From Octopus bimaculoides (Eukaryota), in assembly GCF_001194135.2 (NCBI RefSeq), contig NC_068981.1, positions 3,004,676 through 3,068,675 on the forward strand: a stretch of 64,000 nt of DNA. Reading direction: 5' to 3'. The notes beneath the pieces were generated by a model, which worked only from the letters and a program-made list of their open reading frames with translations, had not been told where the DNA came from and did not search any database. Made by a program: the position numbers and the translations under genes. Position 1 is the stretch's first letter. Each line of letters opens with the position of its first letter. Below are positions 38,015-49,849 of this stretch, one piece after another.

Positions 38015-39659
38015 AATAAATGTATTTAAAAAGTTGGTCTGATTTACAACTTCCTGATAACCGGTGACATATAAATAATTCTTCTATAAATATAAAACCG
38101 GGTTCATTTTTAAGAGATATTTAAATATATAACTGAAACGAATTTATTTTTTTTATTTAAACGGTGATAAATTGTTAATTACTAGTAGTGTTGTCATTTA
38201 AAATTTATTGGAGTCTTCTATAATTAGCTAGCGTTGATTCCTTGGGTGGAAGCAGCCTATCGTAAACATATCTACACTATCAGAGACAACCTGGGATATT
38301 ATCTAAGGCGATGTTTCATTTTATGATTCCGAAAGTGAAACTACTGAAGTCGTCAGAGATCGTAATATGACAGAAAGTTGGCAATGACGGAAGAGAAGAA
38401 TTGCTTTACTTAAAAAGAAATAAAAGTGATGCAACAAATTGGTAATTGTAAAATCGATTTTTAAAAAAATGTTTTTGATTTATTACAATTTAATTTTTTT
38501 AAATGATAAAGTAAAATATAATAACTGGGATAATACTGGTAATGTATGGTTATTAACCAAACGTATTGGTTCGTTACAGCCATACCGCTGGTTAATTATG
38601 AATTAATCCCAACGATGCAAAAGAATTAATTGTGCTTTCATTGTTCATCGTATAAATATGAGTCAAAACGAAAGATTGCCTATAAATATACCGGATGAAA
38701 TTATTTCCTTCAATCACTTCATCAATGTAAATGATGTTGTCTGCAATTCTCACAGATTCTTGCCGCGTAACAAAAGCAACCATTTTTTCTATACACGAGC
38801 AATTTCAAAATAAACTTTCAGTTTCGAGGAGAAAAAAAAGATCTTAGAGTTTCATTTCATTGCCGAGTTTAGCCAACTACTACCAAACATTATGTTACTT
38901 TTATTTTATGAAGGCGATTGCTGCTGACCTGTTGTTTCACTTAGATATACCGATTAGAAATACATGTTGAGATAACGGCTACAAACCGTTAACATGTATT
39001 TCTAATCGGTATATCTTTACTACCTCTGAAGAGATTCATCTTATAATGATTTTAATTTTATAAATTAATTATCTAAAGATTACTGAATCGAAACAGCTGT
39101 CAAGATACTGTCATATTTTATAATTAATAAATATTTTATTAATTATTTCTCCATTTTCTCCTTATTCTTTATATATATATATATATATNNNNNNNNNNNN
39201 NNNNNNNNNNNNNNNNNNNNNNNNNNNNNNNNNNNNNNNNNNNNNNNNNNNNNNNNNNNNNNNNNNNNNNNNNNNNNNNNNNNNNNNNNNNNNNNNNNNN
39301 NNNNNNNNNNNNNNNNNNNNNNNNNNNNNNNNNNNNNNNNNNNNNNNNNNNNNNNNNNNNNNNNNNNNNNNNNNNNNNNGACTAGCTCCCGTGTCAGTGG
39401 CATGTAAAAAGCACCAATCGAGCATGGTCGATGCCAGTGCTGCCTGACTGGCCCTCGTGCCGATGGCACGTAAAAAGCACCCACTACACTCTCGGACTGG
39501 TTGGCGTTAGGAAGGGCATCCAGCTGTAGAAACTTTGCCTGATCAGATTGGAGCCTGGTGTAGCTTCCTGGCCATCCAACCCATGCCAGCATGGAAAACG
39601 GACGTTAAACGACGATGATGATGGACAGACAGACAGACAGACAGACAGACAGAAAGATA

Positions 39660-39660
39660 A

Positions 39661-39708
<48 letters not shown>

Positions 39709-40850
39709 AATGAACTTATTGTATACAGTGTTCTGGTGCACTACAATTAATCAGAAATGTTTGCCAAAAGTGTATGTACAGTACGAAGAATAATGCACCA
39801 AAAAAAAATTGGAAAATGAACAGTAAATTAGTCATAAAAAAAAGAAACATCAGGTGCAGTGTTAGCGAATTTCGGGAAGTATGGAAGTTTTGAAGGATGT
39901 AGTGTCTCGACAGCTAACAACTGATGTGGGTAGTTTATTCTATGCTTCTGTAATTCTGAGCATGGGAAACTGTTTCTTAAAATCATGGGTGCTGCGCTGC
40001 TTTCTGGTTTTGTAAACTTGTCCACAGGTGTTAGACATATGGAATTCAAAAAGGTGCCGAAAATTGTTGTTGGAAGATGGTGAATAATCTTGTGGATGTC
40101 CACGAAATCAGTGGCTAAACATCAGTGCTTTAATGTGTCCATGCCCAGAGAAGAAAGACGTTCAGAGTATGGTAGATGCCTGATGGTGGGTATTCGTCTG
40201 GTTGCACGTTTCTAAATAGTTTCCAGGTAGAGATTCCAGCCTACTGATGCAAAGTACCAAATTCTTTAAATTGGAGAGCAGCTGACAAAGTGATGCTAAG
40301 ACATCCTCAGCCTTCTTGACAAGTTTAGAAATGTGGTTTATCCAATGCAAATCCCTGTCGACAACAGTGCCCATGTCACATTCACTAACAGACTTCTTAA
40401 GATTGGTGTTGTGGAGGGAGTATGTAAAAGCTGAGTTTTTTCTCCAAAAATGTATAGGAGTGCACTTGTCCACAGCCAGCTTGAGTAACCAGTCAATAAT
40501 CCTTTGCTGCATTCTGTCCCGGTCTGGTTGCAGGAAAGATCCATAGCGTATAGGATCTGTTCTTTTTATCTCGAGGTACAGCTTCATGTCATTTGCATAT
40601 TTCAACACTGCAACATTCAAATTGGCATTTATGACATTAATATATGCAACAAACAACAGGAGTTCAAGAACGGATCCCGGTAGTATACCAGATGTCATCC
40701 CATAAGGTACAGAATGCTGTCCTAGAAACGTGACTCCCACTTTTCAACAGAGAATGAAGGACTTCCAATAGTTATAAAGATCATCTCTCACACCTATATG
40801 TTATTTTTGCAAGAAGTATGGTGACAATGGTTTCGAGGTTTCAGTGCACT
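39660..40850 (-). mobile_element. 5'-truncated CR1/L2-clade LINE (3' part of reverse transcriptase, 3' UTR and (TAGA)n tail)
   Basis: ORF 40162-40740 has TSGILPGSVL..LLFVAYIN, LKYANDMKLY (degenerate YADD), DKC.. and E.DMG..VDRDL.W.NHI. A downstream CR1-like C-terminus is followed by a microsatellite tail. Confidence 0.88.
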
Positions 40851-41444
40851 CATTTACTTTCATCAAACTGAGGTACATTTGAATTCATTTGACCAAAGAT
40901 GAAATCTAATGTATCATAGGCCGGTGAAGGTTGGCAGGCTGAAACTTCGAAGTCACTGTCATCACTTCTTGTAAAAATATAATAAATATGGATTCTACCA
41001 GACGTATTGATTAAGCTTTCAGTTTAATGCGAAAAATTTGTTTTATTATATCTCGACACAAAAACCAACACATACATGCATACATACATACATACATACA
41101 TACATACGTAACTGGTACTTCATCAGTTGCGACGATGAGGGTTCCTGTTGATTTACAGCTTGCTCGTGAAATGAATGTGCAAGTGGCTGAGCACTCCTCA
41201 GACACGTGTTACCCTTAACGTAGTTCTCGGGGAGATTCAGCATGACACAGAATGTGACAAGGCTGGCCCTTTGAAATACAGGGACTACTCATATTTGCCA
41301 GGTGGGTGGACTGGAGCGACGTGAAATAGAATGTCTTGCTCAAGAGTACAACATGCCACAGGGAATCTAACTCACGACCTCAAGATCATAAACCGAAAAC
41401 GCCGAACCACTATGCCACACGCCTACGTGCATGCATGCGTACAT

Positions 41445-41615
41445 TACATACAAGCATACATACACACACACATATATATACATACATACGTACATACACA
41501 CACATACGTACAGACATACATGCACACATACATGCATACATACACACATGCACACATACATACGTACGTACATACATACATACATACATACGTACGTACG
41601 TACGTTCGTACATAC
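41445..41615. repeat. (ACAT)n/(AC)n/(ACGT)n compound microsatellite
   Basis: Direct reading; it generates several spurious ORFs. Confidence 0.9.
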
Positions 41616-41857
41616 TAATTCAACCATTTCCGATAAAATTCTGTTTACATGAAATAACTCAACGAGTCCTTGGCAAACCGGTGACAAAAAACATCAAGAT
41701 CGGTTCAACGAGGACAGCATCTGACTACAGACCCTGCTAGAAGAAAGGAACATTGCAAAGACAAGGCAGCTAAATTACGACACAAATTACAAACAGCGTA
41801 ATTAGTGGAAGCAAGAAGTAAGCTGCAACAACAATATATTAGGAAACTGGAAGGTAG

Positions 41858-42062
41858 CGAGCTGGGAGAATCGTTAGCACGCTGGGCAAAATGCTTAACG
41901 GCATTTCGTCCGTCTTCCCCGTTCTGAGTTCAAATTCCGCCGAAGTTGATTTTGTCTTTCATCCCTTCGGAGTTGATAAATTAAGTACTAATTGAGTACT
42001 GGGGTCGAGGTAATCGAGTAATCCCCTCCCCCGAAATTGCTGGCCTTGTACCAAAATTTGGA
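41858..42062 (+). mobile_element. tRNA-derived SINE family B (GAGCTGGCAGAATCGTTAGC head; GGTCGACTTTGCCTTTCATCC body, Meta-SINE-like), representative copy
   Basis: B-box GAGTTCAAATTCC. Clusters at about 3520-4190, 9380-9815, 13920-14520, 27590-28140, 31780-32960, 36015-36560, 45610-45740, 55335-55760 and 59230-59440, usually bounded by (AAT)n. Confidence 0.8.
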
Positions 42063-43058
42063 ATCAGCATACTAGGAAACTAGAACCAGATTGGTGGGAG
42101 GTCAAAGCCGAACAACTACAACATAATGCTGATAAAAATGATATGAAAGTATTTTACTCGGGCCTTCGAGAATTGTTCCTTTTAAATGTAACTGACGTTT
42201 TACTGTTTTTTTTTACTGAACGTTTTGCGATACATTTGCTATAATCCAACAACATTTATTAGTACTGACTCAATAATTATTCAATATTAGAACTATTCTA
42301 GTCCATTTCCCCCTCATTTTCATTTTCCCACCAATGTATAATGACTTATAACGCTAAAACACTTGCGGATAAAATCTTGTGTATGAACGAGTACGTTTCT
42401 ACATGGTAGCTCAAACTGGTGGGATTGACAGCCTGATTTACATCAATTTTCACCCTATTGTCTCAAAATAAAGACGAGGATAGTCGCAGTTGGAGCGCCT
42501 CTGGTCTTATAGGCTTAATCAGGGTTAGCTGTGACGAAATTTGAATTCAAGCAGCTTACACTGGGAGCAGCTACGTGATTGTATGGTCTGCTAAATGTAG
42601 CAACCAAATGTCTCTGAAACGGCTTTCCGCTGTCTTAAAAAAAAAAGAATATATATTCTTTGTTTCTTTCCCCTTCTATCATTTGCGATAACCTCGAGAA
42701 GGTCTATGTTGGTTGTGAGTTAATCATAAAGAGCAACTGCAAACATTCTAGGTCTGGGTCCTATAGGCTAGTAAGGTAAACCACAAGGAATAACTGCATG
42801 AGTTTAAGCACATTATTGTTATCATCATTATCATACACCATTTTGAGCGTGCCGTTGCCAGTACCGCCTGACTGGCCTTCGTGCCGGTGGCACGTAAAAG
42901 CACCCATTACACTCTCGGAGTGGCTGGCGTTAGGAAGGGCATCCAGCTGTAGAAACTCTGCCAAATTAGATTGGAGCCTGGTGTAGCCATCTGGTTCACC
43001 AGTCCTCAGTCAAATCGTCCAACCCATGCTAGCATGGAAAGCGGACGTTAAACGATGA

Positions 43059-43089
<31 letters not shown>

Positions 43090-44259
43090 NNNNNNNNNNN
43101 NNNNNNNNNNNNNNNNNNNNNNNNNNNNNNNNNNNNNNNNNNNNNNNNNNNNNNNNNNNNNNNNNNNNNNNNNNNNNNNNNNNNNNNNNNNNNNNNNNNN
43201 NNNNNNNNNNNNNNNNNNNNNNNNNNNNNNNNNNNNNNNNNNNNNNNNNNNNNNNNNNNNNNNNNNNNNNNNNNNNNNNNNNNNNNNNNNNNNNNNNNNN
43301 NNNNNNNNNNNNNNNNNNNNNNNNNNNNNNNNNNNNNNNNNNNNNNNNNNNNNNNNNNNNNNNTAGGACATCGTTAGGTTTCGTCTTTGTTATTATAACA
43401 AAGACGAAACCTAACGATGTCCTAAGGACCTAATAACAGTTATGTATGTGTTTTTTCGTGTTTTGTTCGAAAGGTAACTACTCCTGAAGAAGTGCCAAAC
43501 GTCTAAATCCAATGGACCAGTCACTGGATAAGTTTGGCACAGAAATGTTAACATAGAGTGGTGAATAAATCGATATATCGAATTTGAAGTCTCTGTCTCT
43601 TTTGAATATGAAAATTTAAAAGTTTAAAAACCTTATGATATAAATATAAACTGTGAGAACGACCCTTAAGGAATCTAATTAATGATCTCCTAAGGTAAGT
43701 TCTTATGCTATATTGGTAACGGTTGCTACATCCTCTGGGAAAAAAATTATTATATATATACACACACACACACATTATGCCTGAGAGAAAAAAAACTGCT
43801 TTTGATCATTAGTTAGCTCGGGAGGGACAGGGTTTAAAGAAGAAGAAGAAGAAGAAAGACCACGACGATGATTTTCTTCTTGAATTCTTTTACATTAAGT
43901 GGGAGTAACTCTAAATATAATTCTTACTAACAATATATTCATTCTAGCAATTTTCTCCCTTTAATTTCAATGTCCAGATATTTGTTTAAAAAATGCGAAG
44001 GCAAGTGTTCTAAAGTTTGAATACTTTGTATTCATATTTTTATAATGACTTCTCAAAACAAACAAGAATAATATTTCTGATTTCGTATCAGTGTATTTAA
44101 GTAGGATTTTCACAAAACGACATTAACTTGAAGTTTCTCTCACTTGAAGATATCCTCCGAAACTATTGCTTTGTATCTTAACCTAGCTTCGGCAGCTGTA
44201 ATACCGTTGCTTTGTTCGATTTCTGTCGAAGTCATAAGTCTTCCTTGCCCCAATTTACC

Positions 44260-45174
44260 ATGGAAGTGGATATTATTAATGCTAAAACTGGGAAAAGTAT
44301 TATTTCTTTTAGTTCACTGAAACAATCATCAACAATCCATGATGTTAAACTTGAATATAAGAAGCTTAATTCTAAATTATCTCTGGCAAGACATTCATTT
44401 CGCAAAGAACCACGCGGACGAATTTTACGCGACGAGGAAACTTTATTGAGTTTAGGGTTTGATAAAAAGGCTGTGCTCTATTTTAAAGACCTTGGTCCAC
44501 AAGTAGGATGGACAACAGTTTTCCTCACTGAATATGCTGGTCCTCCTATCATTTATGCTATATTTTACATGCGTCCTGCGTTCATCTATGATGTTGATGC
44601 TGCTAATGACCCGAAAGATTTTGTCGTGAATCTTGCTGCCGGTTGCTATATATTTCATTTTGTTAAACGTTTATTGGAAACCCTATTCGTACACCGTTTC
44701 TCTCATGCAACCATGCCAATTCGTAACATCTTTAAGAATTCGTTTTACTACTGGGGGTTCGCTGCTTTCGTTGCTTACTACGTGAACCATCCTCTCTACA
44801 CACCCCCAATGTTTGGCGACGTACAAATCTATGGCGCTTTGACTGGATTCATTCTGGCTGAACTTGGAAACTTTTCTATTCACCTGGCATTCAGAAATTT
44901 ACGACCGAAAAATTCCAAAGTTCGTATGATCCCATATCCCGGAACAAACCCTTTTACTTGGTTGTTTAGTTTGGTAGCCTGTCCTAACTACACCTATGAA
45001 TATATTGCGTGGCAATCTTTTGCTATAATGACCCAGTGCTTACCTGCTCAACTTTTTGCTCTTGCCGGTTTGTATCAGATGGCCGTCTGGGCCCGTGCCA
45101 AACTCTCTAACAGCAGGAAAGAATTCAAAAACTATCCAAAAAAGCGTAAGGCCATTATCCCATTTATCTTTTAA
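44260..45174 (+). CDS. TECR: Very-long-chain enoyl-CoA reductase (trans-2,3-enoyl-CoA reductase), single-exon CDS, 304 aa
   Basis: Uninterrupted ORF from accATGG. N-terminal ubiquitin-like domain, then a steroid-5-alpha-reductase-like domain with TECR motifs LYFKDLGPQVGWTTVFLTEYAGP, KRLLETLFVHRFSHATMP, GNFSIH, IPYP..NPFTWLF.LV.CPNYTYE and EF..YP..RKAIIPF. Confidence 0.97.
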   Translation: MEVDIINAKTGKSIISFSSLKQSSTIHDVKLEYKKLNSKLSLARHSFRKEPRGRILRDEETLLSLGFDKKAVLYFKDLGPQVGWTTVFLTEYAGPPIIYAIFYMRPAFIYDVDAANDPKDFVVNLAAGCYIFHFVKRLLETLFVHRFSHATMPIRNIFKNSFYYWGFAAFVAYYVNHPLYTPPMFGDVQIYGALTGFILAELGNFSIHLAFRNLRPKNSKVRMIPYPGTNPFTWLFSLVACPNYTYEYIAWQSFAIMTQCLPAQLFALAGLYQMAVWARAKLSNSRKEFKNYPKKRKAIIPFIF

Positions 45175-45471
45175 ATGTACAACTTCCATTTGTGAAAATC
45201 TAAGCTGAACTGTCATGTAGATTCAATTCAGTGTTCTGTTTAGAAAAGAAAACTTGTTTAATTAACATTATCACATTTGATTTGTAAATTTTGGCATTTT
45301 CTAATGTTCTCTGAACTGCACCAATTCTGGTGATATTTAATGTAACACAATTTGTCGTTCTACATAAAAATCGAAGTCATTTTTGTTTTTTCTTCTTTGC
45401 AGTGTCTTCATGTTCATTTGCTCTGTGCTACTTTCATTCAATTGTTATAATTTTATCAGTTATACAGAATT

Positions 45472-45477
45472 AATAAA
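45472..45477 (+). promoter_or_regulatory. Candidate polyadenylation signal (AATAAA) of TECR
   Basis: AATAAA about 300 nt after the stop, followed by a T-rich stretch. Confidence 0.5.
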
Positions 45478-47242
45478 CAAAATTTTTGTTTATACATCTC
45501 TTCAGTCTCTGTCTTTGTAAGATATTTGAATATATATATATGCCACCCTTGACTTATGTTTCTACTTTCCCTTTAATCTGACACACGATTTCGGTTGATT
45601 TAAGGCAGGCACAAGGGGCCAGCAATTTTGATAGGAGGGAATTAATCGATACCATCGAACCCAGTACTTGACTGGTACTTTATTTTATTAACCTCAAAAC
45701 GATGAAACGTAAAGTTGACCTCAGCAGGATTTAAACTCGGGACGTAAAGAAGCCGTCAAACATCACAAAAGCAACTGTTGGCAAGTAAAGTGATGGCGGA
45801 GACATAAACTCAAGGATCGCCAAAAATTCCTTTGTATCTCTGACGAATGAATTCATAATGTTAAAATGACTTTATCTTATCAGTTTTTTTTTTCCGTGGA
45901 TTAACAAAACAGCTTTTGACCCGATATATGTGTGTATATACGTGTGTGTGTGCAGGCACTCACCACTATTTTTTTTATCTGTTATTCCAGTTATTCCCTT
46001 ATCTGAAGTAGACAAATTGAATTTAAAAAAAAAAAATCATTGAGCATTTCGATGACTTTCACATTTTTCTTCAAATATAATCTCTATACATATAATAACT
46101 ACTGTAATCATCACATTAGTTTTAATTCACTAATATATTTTTATATTTAGCTTTCTATTCGAAGGTGGAAATGCGAATAAAAATATTTTGAAGAATGAAC
46201 CATCGACCTTTCTTTTTCTTTCTTTAATGTAATATATAAGTATTTTAGCTTGTAGAGTTCAAAGTACATTTTCTATTGTGCAATAATTGTCAAGACACCA
46301 AGTCCTCGTTGAATAAGTAAATACATAAAAAAATATTAACAAGCTACTCTCTTTCTCATCAAAGGGAAATAATACTTTATAATAATTTTTACGCCGTTGA
46401 AGTACAAGATTGCTCCGCTATTCAAGTACAAACACATAACTACGGTAGTCTCAGTGAAGTAAAGATGGATCCTTCGTCGGTGTCGACGACGAGCATTCAG
46501 TCGTTCAGACATCTAAACGTCCGACTCGTTAAAATAACATGCAAGTGGCTGAGTATTCCTTAGACACGTATTTTTAACGTGATTCAAAATCAGAGTGATA
46601 TGAGTATGACAAGATAAAACCTTTGGTATTAACAGATTGGTACCATTCCCCCGACTTTATTTCCTCTTTTTCTTCCCCTTTTATCTTCATACCTGTTTCA
46701 ATCATTAGACAGCGGCCATGTTGGGGCACCGCCCTGAAGTATTTTAATCGAATGAATCAATCCTTATACTTTTTTTTTAAGCCTAGTACTTATTCAATCG
46801 GTCACTTTTGCCGAACTGCAAAGATATGAGGACGTAAACAGACCAACACCGGTTGTCACGCGTTAGTTGGGAACACAATAAATCGCACACACACTTATAT
46901 ACGACGGACTTTCAGTTTTCGTCTACCAAATCTACTCATAAACCTTACCACACAGCTACGTCTGCGCTTACATGTTTTTTTGTTTTAATGAAATTTTTCA
47001 GAGATTCGCTTCCGAGGGTGGAGATTACGAGTGTGTTTATAACATCTTTTGATGGAATTTCGGATCCCTTTTTTTTTTTCTCTCTCCGATTGTGTTTCCT
47101 CACCTCTTGTCGAACAAATTGACCCCAGGACTTATTCTTTGTAAGCCTAGTACTTATTCTATCAGTCTCTTTTGCTAAGTTACAGAGAAGTAAACACACC
47201 AACATCGGTTGTCAAGCGATGAGGGGGGGGGGGATAAACGCA

Positions 47243-47286
<44 letters not shown>

Positions 47287-47294
47287 CATACACA

Positions 47295-47460
47295 CGACGG
47301 GCTTCTTTCAGTTTCCGTTAACAAAAAAACCACTCACAAGGCTTTGGTCGGCCCGAGGTTATAGTAGGAGACACTTGCCCAAGGTGTCACGCAGTGGGAC
47401 TGAACCCGGAACCATGTGGTTGGGAAGCAAGCTTCTTACCACACAGCTACTCTTGCGCCT
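47295..47460 (-). mobile_element. tRNA-derived SINE family A (CORE-like CCTTGGGCAAGTG body), representative copy
   Basis: Pol III-like head GTGTGGTAAGAAGCTTGCTTCCC...GGTTCAGTCCC. Further copies at about 142-300, 11265-11320, 15535-15690, 21440-21560, 24045-24150, 25130-25230, 26070-26200 and 61730-61890. Confidence 0.8.
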
Positions 47461-48039
47461 AACAAAAATAATATGACATTGTTGTCATAATGATACAAAG
47501 TCCACAAAGGACTCAATCTGATGGTCATATGACCATAATATTTAACAATTTAATGTAAGAACTTGTTTATTCAGTTGAATGAGGCAGCAGAATAGAAAGG
47601 TTGTTAGAACATAGGATGGAATATCCTGCATATTTGTTCTGATTCTGTGCTCTGCATCCAAATCCCTCCAGGGTCAATTTTAAAAAAAGGGCTAATCCAG
47701 GATGATGGTTTTTCAAAACAGGAGAGTGTCAAGCAAAATGCCTTGTGGTATTGTCCTGGTCCTTTTGATTCTGACATCGTCTGTAACGATGCTAGTGTTG
47801 AGTGGTATCAGCTTTTCCTTTGAACAATATTGGTCACATCAAGAGTGGAGACTGCACACATAGGCAGTTGACAATCTTCTACAAAAATCTTACTCAAGCC
47901 TGCACATGTATGTGTGGGCTAGCAGAAGCTCTACAGCTTCAAGAGGTGAAGTCCATCTTGAAGCTCTGACTTTGATTGTTGGACTACGTTATTAACCTTC
48001 AATAAGTACATTATTTATTACTGGATTCTATTTAACCCA

Positions 48040-49030
48040 TAGTCATAAAAGCAAAGAGGCAGGTTGGAAGGAGAGAGGTACTGAAGAATCATACCAGGTA
48101 ACTAGGCAACAGGTTTATGTAGCAAGGGGAGAAGCAGGAACTAAGAGGTTTGCCAATATTCTATGGCACGAGACATTCCAGGTTACAAGACAGAATTGAG
48201 ATGCTTTAGGAAAAAAGTGTGTACAGATTGCCACTTGCACTTAGCAATTCTGAAAAGGCATGAGAGAAAGGTCTTCCTAGTGTGGACCAAAGTGTTTTAA
48301 CCATTCTCGCTGACAGCAGTATGTTACATAAAGCAATTAAGAATGTGACGAAAGCAGGAAGAGTCCCTGGACCCTCAGGAATTCATGCTGAAATGCTTAA
48401 CATAATTAGTGGTGAAGGACATGGCTTAGTTACCTTCATGGTTAATCAGGTTGTCATACTCAAAGACATCATACTCAACTGTTAAAAGGACAAAGAAGAA
48501 ATTACAGAGGAATCAAATTGCTGCATCATGAAAGTTATGAAAACGGTTACAAGTTGATTAATTAGAGAAAAAAATTAAATTACATAATTACAATTTGGAT
48601 TTGTGCCAGAGGAAAGTACTCAGATGTTCTCTTCCTAATTAGACGACTGCAGAAGAAGTATTTAGCTACAAGTAAGCCACTGAACATTCATTGACAAAAG
48701 TAAAGCCTTGGGCAGGGCCCCTCACTCTCTGGTGGCTACAGATAATGACAGGGGTCGATGAATAACTTGTGAGATCCACACAAACCATGTACAGGGGTAC
48801 TGTCAGTAGCATGATAATTAACACTGAATATAGTGATGAATTTAATGCGTAAGTAGAAATTCACTAGGGTTCAGTTGCCAGTCCCCTCTTATTTATTATA
48901 GTCCTTTACGCCTTAACAAAGGAGTTTAAGAATAATTGCCATTGAGAACTACAATAAACTGAGATGACAACATTCTTATAATTTAAATATGTAGTTGAAT
49001 CAAACAGCCTTGAAGGTAGCTTTAGCAGTG
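48040..49030 (+). mobile_element. Decayed RTE-clade LINE reverse transcriptase fragment
   Basis: KAIKNVTKAGRVPGPSGIHAEML, RGIKLL, QFGFVP and GSVASPLLFIIV remnants with many stops and frameshifts. Confidence 0.8.
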
Positions 49031-49849
49031 GAGGAGGATGTATAGAGTATATATATATATATGTATATATATACACATACAGTACTGCCTGATCGGCACT
49101 CATGCCAGTGGAAGATTAATAGCACAACTGATCATGATCGTTGCCAGTGCCGCCAGACTGGCTCCCATGCAGGTAGCACATAAAAAACACCTTTTGAGCA
49201 TGGTCATTGCCAGAACCGCTTGATTGGCCCTTGTGCCAGTGGCATGTAAAAGCAGCCACTACATTCTCGGAGTGGTTGGCATCAAAAGCTGTAGAAATTT
49301 TGTCAGATCAGATTGAGCCTGGTGCAACCTTCTGGCTCGCCAATCTGCAGTCAAACCATCCAACCCATGCCAGCATAGAAAGCGGACGTTAATTGACGAC
49401 GATATATATCATCATCATCATCATCATCATCATCATCGTTTAATGTCCGCTTTCCATGCTAGCATGGGTTGGACGATTTGACTGAGGACTGGTGAAACCG
49501 GATGGCTACACCAGGTTCCAATCTGATTTGGTAGAGTTTCTACAGCTGGATGCCCTTCCTAATGCCAACCACTCTGAGAGTGTAGTGGATGCTTTTACGA
49601 GGCCAGTCAGGCGGTACTGACAACGGCCACGCTCAAATGGTGTATTTTATGTGCCACCTGCACAAGAGCCAGTCCAGGGGCACTGGCAACGATCTCGCTC
49701 GAAAGTCCTTACACATGCCACGGGCACAAGAGCCAGAAAGGCGACGCTGGGCACAGGTGCCATCCTGATTTCGCTTTCGCTTGCCCCAATAAGTCTTCGC
49801 AAGCCGAGTATATATATATATATATATATATATACTTATGGATGAACAG

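Noticed and set aside
38592-38783. ORF MVAFVTRQES... as the first exon of the minus-strand gene
   Set aside because: Its only plausible donor (CG|GTATAT) is weak and phase 2, whereas BolA1 exon 2 needs phase 1. The peptide is acidic and not presequence-like. The exon at 37999-38014 fits better.
44212-44259. N-terminal extension of the TECR ORF given by the ORF track
   Set aside because: It starts at TTG. Homology begins at the ATG at 44260, which has a good Kozak context.
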